A stretch of DNA of 64,000 bases from Octopus sinensis (Eukaryota): positions 73,594,001-73,658,000 of the forward strand of contig NC_042997.1 in the NCBI RefSeq assembly GCF_006345805.1, read 5' to 3'. Positions 36,357 to 49,871 of the stretch are shown in pieces. The notes beneath the pieces were generated by a model that made no database searches, was not told the DNA's origin, and worked only from the letters and a program-made list of their open reading frames with translations. Made by a program: the position numbers and the translations under genes. How positions within the stretch are numbered: position 1 is the first letter of the stretch; every line of letters begins with the position of its first letter.

Positions 36357-36725
36357 AGGCGCAGGAGTAGCTGTGTGGTAAGTAGCTTGATTACCAACCA
36401 CATGGTTCCGGGTACAGTCCCACTGCGTGGCACCTTGTGTCTTCTACTATAGCCTTAGGCCGACCAAAGCCTTGTGAGTGGATTTGGTAGATGGAAACTG
36501 AAAGAAGCCCGTCGTGTGCGTGTATGTTTGTGTGTCTGTGTTTGTCCCCCTAGCATTGCTTGACAACCGATGCTGGTGTGTTTATGTCCCTGTCACTTAG
36601 CGGTTCGGCAAGAGAGACCGATAGAATAAGTACTGGGCTTACAAAGAATAAGTCCCGGGGTCGAGTTGCTCGATTAAAAAAGGCGGTGCTCCAGCACGGC
36701 CGCAGTCAAATGACTGAAACAAGAG
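36357..36725 (+). mobile_element. tRNA-derived SINE (octopus-type family), near full length
   Basis: A-box-like gtagctgtgtggtaag and B-box-like ccgggtacagtccc, internal TG-rich tract, 3' end ggcggtgctccagca.ggccgcagtcaaatgactgaaacaag. Family recognised from memory of octopus SINEs, not from a search. Confidence 0.85.
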
Positions 36726-36921
36726 TATGTATATATATATATATTCCAAGAGAGTAGAGGTTGTGACTCCAACCAACTAAGGGAAAATATCTATCGAATA
36801 TACTGCTGGTAGAATACCCAATTATTAATACACAACTATTTTTTTCATTGCATGGCAATTACACTACTGAATGTAGTAAATGTGTGAGGATATATGAAGT
36901 TGTTTTACACTTAATTTATAC

Positions 36922-37585
36922 GGCAATAAATGGAGGGGGATCAAGATGTGGTATTCTACAACTTTTAGACATTATATTATGTCTATCTTTTAAAAAGGTA
37001 TAACACTATACATACATGTATAACATATTATGCTTTACATATATAAAAATACCAGTAATTTTTAAAATATATCACGTAGAACAGTTTCTTACAGCTGCTT
37101 CAGCTAAGAGGTCATAATGCCCCCATTTTACTTCCATCCCTTCTGTGAACTGAAGTATTTGGTAGGTAATATTAAGGTACTTGGGTGTGTCTCTGGGCTT
37201 CGTCAGAGAGTTTAGAAAGTTCATAAGGTTAAGTTATAAATATAAATACATACATATAAACACACTTTTACATATACATACATATACACAAATATACATA
37301 AATACATATCTATACATTTATATATATATGTATATACATACAAAAGAATAAATTATTATAATCATTAGGTGTATTATATTATTCTTATTAGTTAAAGTAT
37401 AAACAGAGGAAAGAGAAACTTATCAAAATAGAAATAATAGTGGAATTTGTACATCAGCATGGCCGCAGCTCTGAGCTGAAACTAGATAGAAAAAAATCAA
37501 TCTATATTAAGTTTATTGTAGTTTTGTAGGAATTAATAGGTATATAATTGAGGAATACATACACACACACACATGCACACACACA

Positions 37586-37630
<45 letters not shown>

Positions 37631-37730
37631 CACACACACACATATTTACGTACAAACATACCCATAGGTACATACATATTTCATGTGTTGAGAAGGGAGG
37701 ATTACAGTAGTAGTTCGTATTTTTCTTTTT
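36922..37730 (-). repeat. Left arm of ~800-bp inverted repeat; contains decayed long-stem-II hammerhead (37085-37209, minus)
   Basis: Reverse complement of 42096-42848. Minus strand reads CUGACGA-AGC…~90 nt…GCU-GAAGC-agcu-GUA-AGAAA. Confidence 0.85.
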
Positions 37731-38504
37731 GTGGGTAACCAATAACATAAACAACAAAGTAGGTAAAAATATATGAATGTACACAAATAAAAACAAATAA
37801 TCCAAGGTTAACTATTAGTGGGCAGGATAGTAAAAGTCAATAAAGAAATTAATATAGGGACTTGACTCTATTATATTATATCAAATTAAGTTAAGTTATG
37901 TTAAATTACGTAATATATAAGAAAACTGTGGATGAATTTATATATGTATATATATTAGTATTTTAGGCTAAAGTGATATTACTAAGGGGATATTGTTTTA
38001 ATAGACTGCATATGGAAGATAAGTTATTACAAATCTATTACAAAAACAGTATATAATAACACATGTATCTGCTTAATTAGGGGAAACATTTGTACATTTA
38101 CTAAACCATGTGTATAATATAGGGTTAAAATTATATGTTGGAAGTTATTCGGACCAAATTCAAGTAAAGGACAAAAGACCAAATGTGACCGTAGAAGTTG
38201 TTTCGCTAAGTTGTTATTTATCGCTAAAACTATGTTTTAAATGTATTCTCCGATAAAATACATTGATTGCAATGCTCCATGCAACAGGGTTTATTTATTA
38301 AATTAATGAACCAACTCAATATATATCCTCATATATCCTCTTTTATATATACTTACATATTACTAAATTGTTGTTATTTATCGCTAAAATTTTGTTTAAA
38401 ATCAATTTTTTTTGACAAAATGCCTCAAATGCAAGACTCTAAAATCTAACCCACTTATAGTGGACCTTTATCTCAAGCCCTCAATAGAAAACTTATCGTA
38501 TGTA

Positions 38505-38531
38505 TGTATATATAAGCCTATCGTATATATG

Positions 38532-38564
<33 letters not shown>

Positions 38565-38778
38565 ATATGTTTGTGTGTCTGTGTTTGTCCCCCTAGCATT
38601 GCTTGGCAACCGATGCTGGTGTGTTTACGTCCCCGTCACTTAGCGGTTCGGCAAAAGAATAAGAATAAGTACTGGACTTACAAAAGAATAAATCCCGGGG
38701 TCGAGTTGCTCGACTAAGGCGGTGCTCCAGCATGGCCGCAGTCAAATGACTGAAACAAGTAAAAGAGTAAAAGAGAGA
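38505..38778 (+). mobile_element. 3' half of the same tRNA-SINE family
   Basis: Matches 36500-36725 and ends gaaacaagtaaaagagtaaaagag. Confidence 0.85.
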
Positions 38779-38779
38779 G

Positions 38780-38826
<47 letters not shown>

Positions 38827-41800
38827 AACTTAGATAAACTTAGATATGTTTCGACCAAAGATTGGTCCAGGCCATGTCTAACTTAATAGCACCACCTGAT
38901 AGGACTATTCGAATCCTGTTTAAGTCAAGTTTTGTTTATGTCAAGTTTTGTTCAAGTAGTGAGTTCTTGTTGGGTGAGTTGTATTCAATTATGGGTGGCT
39001 TATCTGGTATTCTTTGAAGGAATCTATCCAGACTCTGTTTAAAGTTGATGGGATCCTTTTCCTCTTTGATCTCACTCGGGACAATGTTAAATAGGGCAGG
39101 GCCTGTTGAGGAAAAGAAATTTGTTGCAGTGTAATGTATGTTGTGATCTTGAATTTGGCAGGGGACGTATAGCCCGTGGTCCAAATCTTGGATGAACCTT
39201 GAAGCTAATGTTTAGGTCGTTTGGGCAAAGTTGGCGGATATTTTCCACATCGTACAAATGATGTACCGCTCACGGCGACGTGGAGGGAAGTAAAGTTTCA
39301 AGGCTTAAGGCTCCAATAATCGAGAGCAGCCATGCCTTCAATTTGTTAGTGAGAGCCTCTGGGTGTGACTCAATTCTGGAGATTTTGTCTTGTGTGAGGA
39401 GACCACAGTGGGCAGCAGTATTCACGGTGTGGCCGTACAAAGGAGGAAAAAAGTGGTATGATGACACCTTGTTCTCTGGACCGGAAAGTTCTTAAGATCC
39501 AGGAACTCATCCTACGTGCTATATCGACCTTCTTGTTGATGTGTGCACTCCAACTGAGATCGTCATCAACAATTACACCCAGGTTCTGATATTGTTAGAG
39601 GCTGTGAGCGGTTCCCCTGAAGGAAGAGAGTATGGTGTTTTAGTGAGGAATTTCTTCAAAATGCATCAGCTCAAATTTCCCTCATTCAGTTGCATTTTGT
39701 TTCTGTCTGCCCATGACTCAAACATATAGATCAGGCTGGAGTTGAGTTCGGTCTGCTTCTTCATTGACGATTTGCTGGAGCTTAGTGTCATCAGCGAATA
39801 TTTTCACTTTGCAGTAATGTACGACACTGGAAAGGTCGTTTACGTAAACTATGAAGAGTAGCGCCCCAAAACAGTTCCCTGGGGAACACCGCTGGTGATT
39901 TTTGCTGGGTTTGAGTGGACTCCATCAACTACAACATGTTGTGTTCTATTCGCCAGGAAATACTTAATCCAGTGTAGAACTTTTCCACGGATTCCAACAT
40001 TTGCCAATTTTGAGAGTAGGATGTTATGGTCTACCCTGTCGAACGCTTTACTGAAATCAAGATATATGACGTCAGAGTTCGAACCTGTTCCCAAGGCTTT
40101 GAGTACATCTTCAATGTGGTGTAAGAGCTGTGTTAGACAGTCCCTGCCACAGCGAAAGCCATGCTGATTATAATTTAGGAGTTTGTGGGTCTCCAGGAAG
40201 TCAGCTATCCTTGATCTTAACACTCTTTCAAACACTTTAATGATGTGGGAGGTGAGTGAGATTGGGCGATAGTTGACTGCGAGGGATCTGTTTCCCTGTT
40301 TGAAAACCGGGATGACCGACTGGGATAGAAACTGTTTTGGTATATAACCTGCGTCTAACGAATTTCTCCAGAGGTTGGTCAGAGGGACTGCAAGTTGATA
40401 TCTACATTCCTTCAGGAGACTAGCGGGAAATCTATCAGGGCCTACAGCAGAGTAATGTTTGACCTCATTTATTGCTGCTACGATGTCGGTGGCAGTGAAG
40501 GTTACGTCTGAGATTTTGTGTTGGGAGTCAACTTCGTTCGTTTCCCTCACGTCAATATCAGTGGGAACACTGAAGACAGAGCAGTATTGTTTCTGCAGTA
40601 TTTCTGCCATTTCTTTAGCATCGTGTTGGGGAATGCCGTTATCATCAATCAATGGCCCAATGGGTGAGACAGTGGTTCTATGCTTATTTGCATAAGAATA
40701 GAACACTTTTGGGTTCTGTTTGATGTTTTTGATTACCCATTGTTCCTCCACAGCTCTTTGATTTTCAATGGAGGTTTTCATGTTAGTCTGCAGATGAAGT
40801 TTTTCCAGCTCTAGTCTTTTCATTGTTGTTGAATGTGGATGTTGTGTGTGGGAATATTTTAATTGGTTGATTTTTTTTGTTGAGTCTTTTGATGCGCCTG
40901 ATTAGTGTTTTTTTCTTTTTAGGGAGCCGGTTTCTGTTTGTCTTAGTAGATTTCTTGGGAGCGTGTTTAGAGCATGTATAGGTGACAATGCTCTCAAAGT
41001 GCTGCCACGCGGTCTCAATATGAGGGGAATTGAGAGTAAAAGACCAGTCGATGGAAGACAGATCCTTTCTGATTGTTCCCCAGTCCGCTTTGTGGAAGTT
41101 TATGTTGTCAAATGGGTGCCATGGAGTGGGATTGGCTGGTTTGGTTTTTATATGTCGGGAATTAAGATTGCAGAGTACCATGTCGTGGTCTGAGAGGAGA
41201 GTTTTTTCGACTGAAATGCTGTGAACGTAGCTAGAGTGATTGGTCAATACCAGATCCAAGATCGTTTTATTCAGTCTCGTTGGTTCAAGCACTAGCTGAG
41301 TCAGGAAATACTCATCCATCAGATTAAAGAGCAGTTCTGCTGCTGCTCTATCTGATGTAGAGCACTTGCCTAACTTCAGAGTATTTGTGGGCCAGTTCAC
41401 ATGAGGGAGGTTAAAATCACCCATCACTAGTATGATTCCGGAGTGGTACTTCCAAAGGAAGGACTTGACTTTGCTAAGGCACTCTTCAAAGTACTTTAGA
41501 GGTGCCTGGGGGGGCCTGTAAAGACCAACAATGGTTATGTCCTTGGCTTTGTTGTATAGTGATACCGATTCACAGTAGCCATTGGAAAATATGTCCTTGG
41601 CATCAAGTGAAAAGGAGTCATGGATAAAGATGGCTGTCCCTCCCTTATTTCGGTCTGTGCGATCCGCACGAACAATGGTGAAATCTTTTATTTTCACCTC
41701 TGCGTCCATATGGGTGTTGTTCAGGTGAGTCTCGGTAAGGATAAAGAAAGGGAAGCAATGTGCCATTTCGGCAAGCCAACTCTCTATATATGGGATCTTC

Positions 41801-42055
41801 CATTTTTGGGCAATAATTGATGGGTTGATGCCACGTATATTTAACAGGAATGTCGAGGTAAGGGAAGCTGGTAATGGGGGAGTGGTCCTTGTGATTTGCA
41901 TAGATGGTTGGTGATAGCACGCTGGATCTCCTGGCTTAGGTCGGCCTTCATATTTTCCAGGTATGTCAGTAAAAAAGAGTTACTTGTTTGGTTTGCCACC
42001 TGGTCAGAGGATACATATTTCATGTTGACGTTGTTTGGTGTTTTTTCATGGTTCA
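38827..42055 (-). mobile_element. CR1-group LINE, 5'-truncated and disrupted (APE + RT)
   Basis: 40783..41901: LLNIRGI, LTETHL, LYRPP, GDFNLP, LDLVLTN, SDH. 39849..40823: NYRPISLTSHIIKVFER, QHGFR, YLDFSKAFDRVDH, SGVPQGTVLG. Short tandem 3' tail (atctaagttt)x2. Confidence 0.9.
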
Positions 42056-42095
42056 TATATATATATATGTTTGTGTATAATTATTATAATAATAT

Positions 42096-42413
42096 AAAAA
42101 GAAAAATACGAACTACTACTGCAATCCTCCCTTCTCAACACATATGTATGTACCTATGGGTATGTTTGTACGTAAATATGTGTGTGTGTGTGTTTGCGTG
42201 TGTCTGTGTATGTGTGTATGTGTGTGTGCATTCCTCATTTATATACCTTTTAATTCCTACAAAACTACAATAATCTTAAGATAGATTGATTATTTGAATT
42301 CCACTATTATTTCTCGTTTTATAATTTTCTCTTTCCTCTGTTTATACTTTATCTAGTAAGAATAATATAATACACAAAGTAATAATAATTTATTCTTTTG
42401 TATGCATATATAT

Positions 42414-42497
<84 letters not shown>

Positions 42498-42844
42498 AGA
42501 TATGTATTTATGTACATTTATGTATATGTATGCATATGTAAAAGTGTGTATATATGTATGTATTTATATTTATAACTTAACCTCATAAACTTTCTGAAGC
42601 CAGAGACACACCCAAGTACCTTAATCTTATCTACCAAATAGTTCAGTTCACAGAAAGGATGAAAATAAAGTGGGGTACTATGACCTCTTCCCTGAAGCAG
42701 CTGTTCTACGTTATATATTTTAATAATTACTGGTATTTTTATATATGTAAAGCATAGTGTTATAATTTTTTTTTTAATAAATAGACAAAATAAAATGTCT
42801 AAAAGTTGTAGAATGCCACCTCTTGATCCCCTCCATTTTCTTAT

Positions 42845-42848
<4 letters not shown>
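42096..42848 (+). repeat. Right arm of ~800-bp inverted repeat (decayed hammerhead 42591-42705)
   Basis: Reverse complement of 36922-37730, roughly 80% identical by eye, with (TA)n and (TG)n expansions. Confidence 0.85.
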
Positions 42849-42849
<1 letters not shown>

Positions 42850-42896
<47 letters not shown>

Positions 42897-42932
42897 ACAA
42901 CAACAACAACAATAATAATAATAATAATAATG

Positions 42933-42974
<42 letters not shown>

Positions 42975-42975
42975 T
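42850..42975. repeat. (TA)n + (ACA)n/(AAT)n microsatellites
   Basis: Direct reading. Confidence 0.95.
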
Positions 42976-45900
42976 TAGTGAGTATAACTCGAAATTTACA
43001 GGGAAAAATTCAATTTTGTATTAAATCAAATTTCACAATATAAATATATAATATATATAAATTATAGAAAAACCACTATTATGTAATTCAAACTATGATA
43101 GACATAAACCAAAGGACGTATGTAGTCAGTAGAATCAACAGTTATCCAGCAGGTGGGAGTGGTAAACTCACCGAAAGTGAAGGACCCCCAGATGTACTTA
43201 GAAATTCCTTGTAGAGGAACGTAAACTCGTATAAACATCTGAAGTTCATTTGGATTTATCGTTGTTTCAATCCCAATTGTGCCACTGGTATTACAGCTGA
43301 TTGCGCTGAAAAGTGGTTTCAGAGCTACCCAGCTCTTTATCCACTCAAAACAAATACACGCACAAGAACTTCTTAAATTTGGAACGTTACATGGACGTAC
43401 AAAAAACGCCTTGCGGCGATGGGGGCGCAGTGAAGTATACAGATCTAACAAGCTGAAAGTAAATAGTTGCTAACCTACATGTAGACAGCTTGGAACATTA
43501 GTTGCTTCATATTAAATATGGCAAAGAGTTAGACCTAGTGCTAAGCAATACTTGTATCAAGCAAAAGAATAAATATAAGGTTACCTTGAAGCATCCATGT
43601 CTAAGTCACTGGCACATTCACAATAATGTAATTGTCCTTAGAAAAAAACTATCAGGTGTAAAATCCGACCGTCGCATGCAGAGATGGGGGAATGTTGGAC
43701 GCAAAATAGGCTCCTGCGTGGCTACTTGGAGATCACTGTTCGTACAAAAACACTTAAGCTAGTTTTTATCTCTAAATTAAATTGCCCTGAAACGTTTGGA
43801 CATTACCAAGAAGCAGTTCAAGCGATAGATTTAAATTACAACGGTGATTCTTTGTAAGTTTCAGTAAACAGCATTATGAAATAGCTTCCTGTACGTTGAT
43901 ATTTATTGAAACAAACATCAGCATGTGGTCCAAAGAAAATAATGGACTTGTAACAGAACTGTTGGAATAAAAGGGAAAAAGGCTCTTGACAAGTTGTTCT
44001 CTTGTTTTTGCCGGGATGTAAACGGAATAAGCTAGAGAAAGATTTTTAAGAATGCAAAGCTATATTCCAACGAGACTTGCGAGAAGCAAAGGACGTATGT
44101 TGGCGAAAAAAATGCCCACGAAATTCGAACATCTGCTGAAAAGCGAGATAGGAAATTTCTGTATCACTAGTCTATGGCCCATCATCCTCTGTCTTTATAC
44201 ATCTTCCAGAAAAATCTGGTAAAGTGCTGCTGCGTAAGCGAAGCCAAATCTCTGGATGGAGCAAGATTTGCTGTAATCGAAATCTTTTCTTTGGCGCATC
44301 TGGGGTAACTAGCAAAATAGGCTCTATAAACATAATCATAGATAGTGTCCATAGGCAACACAAATTTATCTGTACTGCAAATTCATCTAGGATAACCGAA
44401 ACACTTTTGATAAATGGAAGAACTACTCATTCCAAGTTTAAGTTTTAAAATCTAACATCGTCGGTTGCTTGTGTATGCAACAAAAGTAGAGATTTAATCA
44501 TGGTAGTTGTCTTGAAAAGTTGAGAACTGATTTAGAGTGATGAACACAAAATGGCCTAAAATCCTGCACTTGAATCACCACTGAAGTATACCTGAGAATC
44601 GGAAGAACCCCAATGCTTTGATAGCGGAAAAGTTTTGCCTGTGATTCTTGGTGGCACACCAACAGATAAAAAAGTATCCTATTCAACAGTCCCTCTGTCT
44701 GGGACCATATCTAGTAATTAACCATTTCTACGAGGATGAGGGATATGCTTAAAAGAAATAGAACAGCTATTTATACAACAAATTATCAAGCTTAAACCTG
44801 TGGAAACAATAAAAAAACGTTTGACAGAAATGTAGCTAAATAATCAAACATGATTAGATTACTTGAATGAAAATGCATTAATCCTTAGCTATGAACACTT
44901 TGATATTAATGTTATTCTTATATTTATGATGTGCAAGAAGTAAATCAACGAGGCTGAGAAAACCAAAAAGATCTGCAGAAAAGATACTTGCAAAGAGGAT
45001 AGATTTCATGCTTCTTTACCGGTTCAGTTTCTGATAGTTCAACAATTTAAAGCAATTTCATGAGCTGTTCCATTGTGAAGGTGTTATAGTATAGTGCTGG
45101 GTGGAAAACATGTTTCTTTGAAGAAGGCGAAAATATAGTAAATATGCGTTCTGGTCACCAAGTACAATATCTTTCACCTAAAACTTAACAGAGGTGTTAT
45201 ATAAGTAAAGTGAATAAATTCCATAAAATGAGCCAAGTTTTAAGCCAGACTAATCTTTACAAAGAATTTCGAAATTCTTTCTTAACCATATCTGGCAAAG
45301 CATTTTTTAAATATAAAACTGGTCTTAACAGAAATGTGTAGTCAGTATATATTCAGCTGTACTGTAGCTTTCTCTTACATAAGTTCAATACTTTTAATAT
45401 GTAGAAAAATCACTCTTGTACATATACTAGTAGTTGAGTTTATAAATATTTTGAGACTACAAAAATAGAAAACTTTCGACAATAGACAACTCATTCCAGA
45501 ATAACTAAAAGTTATTATTTGTCAGAAATTTATGGTAATACCGCAAACCTTTGTGCATTGGGCAATATGCTTCGCGTTCTTTTCAACACATATGCAATAA
45601 TCAACTATAATAAAACTCTTGTGTTTTTCTCCGTCACAACATATGAATGAGAAGGTGTGATAGATGAATAAGGAAGGGGTAAAAAGATCAAGCCGCGTTT
45701 CAACTCTGTGTGAATATATGTGTGTGTGTGTGTGTGTATGTAAAAGTGAGGTATGTGGATATCTTACGTGCACGTGCGCGTGTGTGTGTGCAACCGAAGG
45801 GGGATGGTGAACATTCAACGCTGAAAAGAAAAAGAAAACAGCGTTTCAACTCTGTGAGTATATGTGTGTGTATATGTGTGTGTATATGTGTGCGTGTAAA

Positions 45901-46019
45901 GGGAAGTATGTGAAAGTATGTGTGAACCAGAGTTCTTTCAGGAGCACACGATGATCGAGGTAACATCTCAAAAGACAACCACTGTCTTTATATGAAGCCA
46001 TTGAAGATAAATGTAACAG

Positions 46020-48660
46020 TAAATACCAACAATTTAGTTAGAATCTATACCTATAGTGTACAAACATATTAACACCAAATGTACAAACATATTTACACTA
46101 AATGTACAAAAGCAATGTGAAATAGATGGCGAAATAATGGAAACAGTTCTAGAGAAAATATCAAATAGCAAATCCTCTGATCCAGATCACACATGTTACT
46201 GGCTGAAGAATTTCACCTTTTATTGGAGAGATTTCATACGGTTCTATATAGAAAGTATAAAGGGCACGCAACAACTGCCGGAATGATTATCACCTGCAAC
46301 TAGTTTCCATACATACATGCATACGTACATACATACATACATACATGATGGCTGCCCCCTCGTTATCGAATGTGACTTTTTAGCCCAGCTAAAGATCTAC
46401 AATGTCTTGTACAGAATTGGCAACTAAAACCTTTACCGGTAATAGCCGGCTGTAGTTGTAACTGGGCTTCATGTACCTTTGCATGTCGTTTAAGTCCTCT
46501 CTTCCACATGCCCGACAGATATGATTAGTATGGTGTGTTAAACCACCACCAGTGGCCAGGTTGTCACTCATCTGTCTCACTTTATGACTACGAAGATGAC
46601 TCTTGAGTCCAGCTTTACTGAGGCAGGGTCTTGCACAAACACTGCATGTCAGCATCATAGAAAGACCCCTCCCATCTGGAAGTGCAACAGCGATGCCCTT
46701 CCTGACATCCCTCCTTACTTTCTCATGCGCAACTCGAGATTTCTCGAAAGTGGCTGTCCCCTCGTGCACAATCCTTCTCCACATGCTACGATCAATAGCT
46801 ATGCCTTCCCATGTGTCAGGCAAGCATCTCTTAAGGAAACCTTCAGCAAGTCCTTATACCTGTTTTTTGGTTTATGTGGAGGTCGCTCTCCTTCAGCTAA
46901 CTCTCCATAAAAGAGTTGTTTTGGCATCCTTGAATCCTTCATCCATCCATCCATCCATCCATACATACATACATACATACATACACACAAACAAACAAAT
47001 TGAATTTTTTCCAGACAGTAACAACAAAAGTGTAAACGATGTTAGAACACCACGGAAAGATTTCAAGATGGAATACGTTTGGCATTAATGTACTTTCTCG
47101 AAGAGAGAGTATTGTCTACCAAAGTAAACAAAAGACCAACAGACACAGTATCAAAAATTAATGAAATTGGAAAGGAGTATTTACAGCAATACCATGAACC
47201 TTCATCCTGGCAAATTCACGCCTGTTTATATGCTCTCTCTGCTACCGGAAATAAATACATGAGCAACACTCAAAACCGAAACAACAAAAAAATGTGCCAT
47301 CACCAGTTTTGAAGACAGAGAAAAAGATAGCTGATTTATGGAAGACCATCAGCCATTTGACAGTATTCGACAGCGATGTTTGGTGACAGTAAAAAGAGAA
47401 CATTCGCTAAATATCATAGAAGCTCCTTCGCGAGAAGACGTAGACTCTTTCTGGAGGAAAATCTGGATCGAATAGTTGAAGTTTGACTGAGATGGTCTGT
47501 GACTGGAAGAAATTTGAAGTAACTATTGTTCTTGCATTACACCCAAAACGTACTGATCGATGGTGGGCTCGTGACGGTAATTCAAAAACTAGAATAGGAA
47601 AGCACGTGGAAAAGATTTGATTGTTTGATACTCCTACAAGAATTTAACCTTCAATAGACCGTATGCTATCAACCTGTATCAACAAGCTTTCAATGAGAAT
47701 AGTAGCATACTATACTACTTAGCTCCGGCAGAGATGAATCTAATCCCGAAAAGCAGACTCACTCACATGGCAAAATACTACCAGCCAATTGCATGTCAGT
47801 ACCTAATGTATACAAAATATATAGCATGTTTAAAATTCTCCCTCCAATGCCATCGTGAAGCTAATAACATTATTACAGCAGAAGAAACAGATGAGAAGGG
47901 AGTCTGGGGAGTGCCGTACAATTGTTGATAAACAAAACTGTAATGTGAGAGTTTCGACAGCATAGGAGGAATTTGGTTTCAATGTAGCTGGACTACAACA
48001 AAGCCTTTGACCCTGTGCATGCTAGAAACCCTTCGACTTGGTAGTTTATTTGTAATAAATAAACCACATCATAAGCAATTGTCCAAAAATGCAACCGCAT
48101 TATTTACCGGTGAGACATGATGATGTAGTCGAGGCACTGTACAATGAGATCTGTCGGAAGGATAATCCTGAGGCCACAGAGAAAGGAACCCACAGTATGG
48201 TACAGGTCGTACTCACACAAAACATGAAAGAGTACTCACGGAATGTCCCAATGAAAACCTCGATAAAATGCAAATATAATACACCAGACATAGTGATTTG
48301 GTACAGAGAAGAGAGACTCTGTACAGTAGTGGAAATCCGTTGCCCAGCGGATGTCAACATAAAGCTAAAGACCAGCGAAAAAACACCTACGCTAATCTAC
48401 TGAGTCATTTACAGTTACTCTACCCAAATTACAAATTCAGATTTATTCTTGTAATTATTGAGGCACTAAGATATGTAACAAACTGCCTAAGTGCCAATCC
48501 TGAGAAATTAGGTTTCTCAAAACCAGAAACAAAAAAAGTTAATTAGAAAACAGAAGAAGATTAAAGACGAAAGCCATGCAACTATCAAAATTTGTATAAC
48601 ATTCCAAAAGTTTAGCATTTATCTATATACGCACATGTCTAGACATACAATTATGTATGA
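46020..48660 (+). mobile_element. Fragmented R4/Dong-type RLE retrotransposon remnants (interrupted by CATA repeats and an RTE fragment)
   Basis: KISNSKSSDPDHTCYWLKNF (NWKAPGxD..WLK), YYQPIACQYLMY, HIISNCPKM..VRHDDVV, KYNTPDIVIWYREERLCTVVEIRCPADV. Parallels 4863-8502. Confidence 0.8.
46345..46935 (-). mobile_element. RTE-clade LINE 3' fragment
   Basis: RMPKQLFYGELAEGERPPHKPKNRYKD…DTWEGIAIDRSMWRRIVHEG..FE…CSVCARPCLSKAGLKSHLRSH, a typical RTE ORF C-terminus with C2H2 finger. Confidence 0.85.
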
Positions 48661-48802
48661 AAATACATACATAAAACAACACATACAAATCAGCACACAC
48701 ATTAACTCCTAATATTGAACTTATTACACTCAAACATGCATAAATAGCTGGCACTCAATCTTGCATAAACAATACAGTTCTATATTTTAGAGATGATGAA
48801 TT

Positions 48803-49045
48803 ATGTACATTATTTACATTCAACGGATATTTGTCCTCATCTTGTTTGTTGTTAACACAAAGTTTCGGCTGATATACCCTCTAAGCCTTCTTCAGGTGTC
48901 TTGGGAAAATTTCGAACCTGGGTTCTCATTCCTAAGGTATTTTTCGATGTTATTATTATTATTATTAATGTTAGTGTTCCAAGTTCGATTCCAAGTAGTG
49001 ACCTGAACGATAACAATAATAATAATGATAATAATAATAATAATA

Positions 49046-49087
<42 letters not shown>

Positions 49088-49255
49088 TAGTAATAATAAT
49101 AATAATAATAACATCGAAAAATACCTCAGGAATGAGAACCCAGGTTCGAAATTTCCCCAAGACACCTGAAGAAGGCTGGGGGTTAACAGCAAACAAGATG
49201 AGGACAAATACCCGTCGAATGTAAATAATGTAAATAATGTAAATAATATGCATAA
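48803..49255. repeat. Inverted pair of ~160-bp repeats around (TAA)n; left copy has a decayed minimal hammerhead (48854-48900, minus)
   Basis: 48803-48965 is the reverse complement of ~49088-49255. Minus strand reads GACAC-CUGAAGA-A-GGCU..AGCC-GAAAC-UUU-GUGUU. Confidence 0.85.
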
Positions 49256-49365
49256 ATAACTTGTTGATGTTTAAAACGCCAGTGAAAGATCCTTGGATCT
49301 AGGTTAGAAACTGGCTCTTTCTCTATTGGCAAGAAATCTAGAAATAAAACTGAATAGAAAAATAA

Positions 49366-49408
<43 letters not shown>

Positions 49409-49840
49409 AATGTGTGTGTCTGTGATTGCATGTATATATATCGATAGTTCATTCTCATACATATCGTCGTCGTCATATCTTTTATTGTTAGTTTCAGTGA
49501 CGAGATTTACGTCGAAATCGTTTAACAACTGATAGTTTATATGTTACTGTTACAAAATTAAGCAACCGAATATAAGGGTGTATGTACGATTGCCTGTTCT
49601 TCAAATAATTAGATTTAAAAGGATAATAAACAAATTTCGAACTAATGCAGCTTTCAGCAATGTATTGATTTCAGAAACCTAACGCATAATGGAATTTCTT
49701 TTTGCAAGCTTTAGACACATTCATTCATACAAAATACACCCCCACCATTTATATACACACATTATGTATGCATATATATATATATATACATATATATACA
49801 TATATTATATATATATATACATATACATATATATACATAT

Positions 49841-49871
<31 letters not shown>

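Noticed and set aside
43062-43451. 129-aa minus-strand ORF with splice-like ends (tttcag…gtgagt) as a host exon
   Set aside because: No recognisable domain and no supporting neighbouring exons. It needs RNA-seq or BLASTX to be rescued.
44000-44700. Possible decayed DNA-transposase remnant (LWPIILCLY.. motif)
   Set aside because: Too many stops and only one weak motif; the superfamily cannot be supported.
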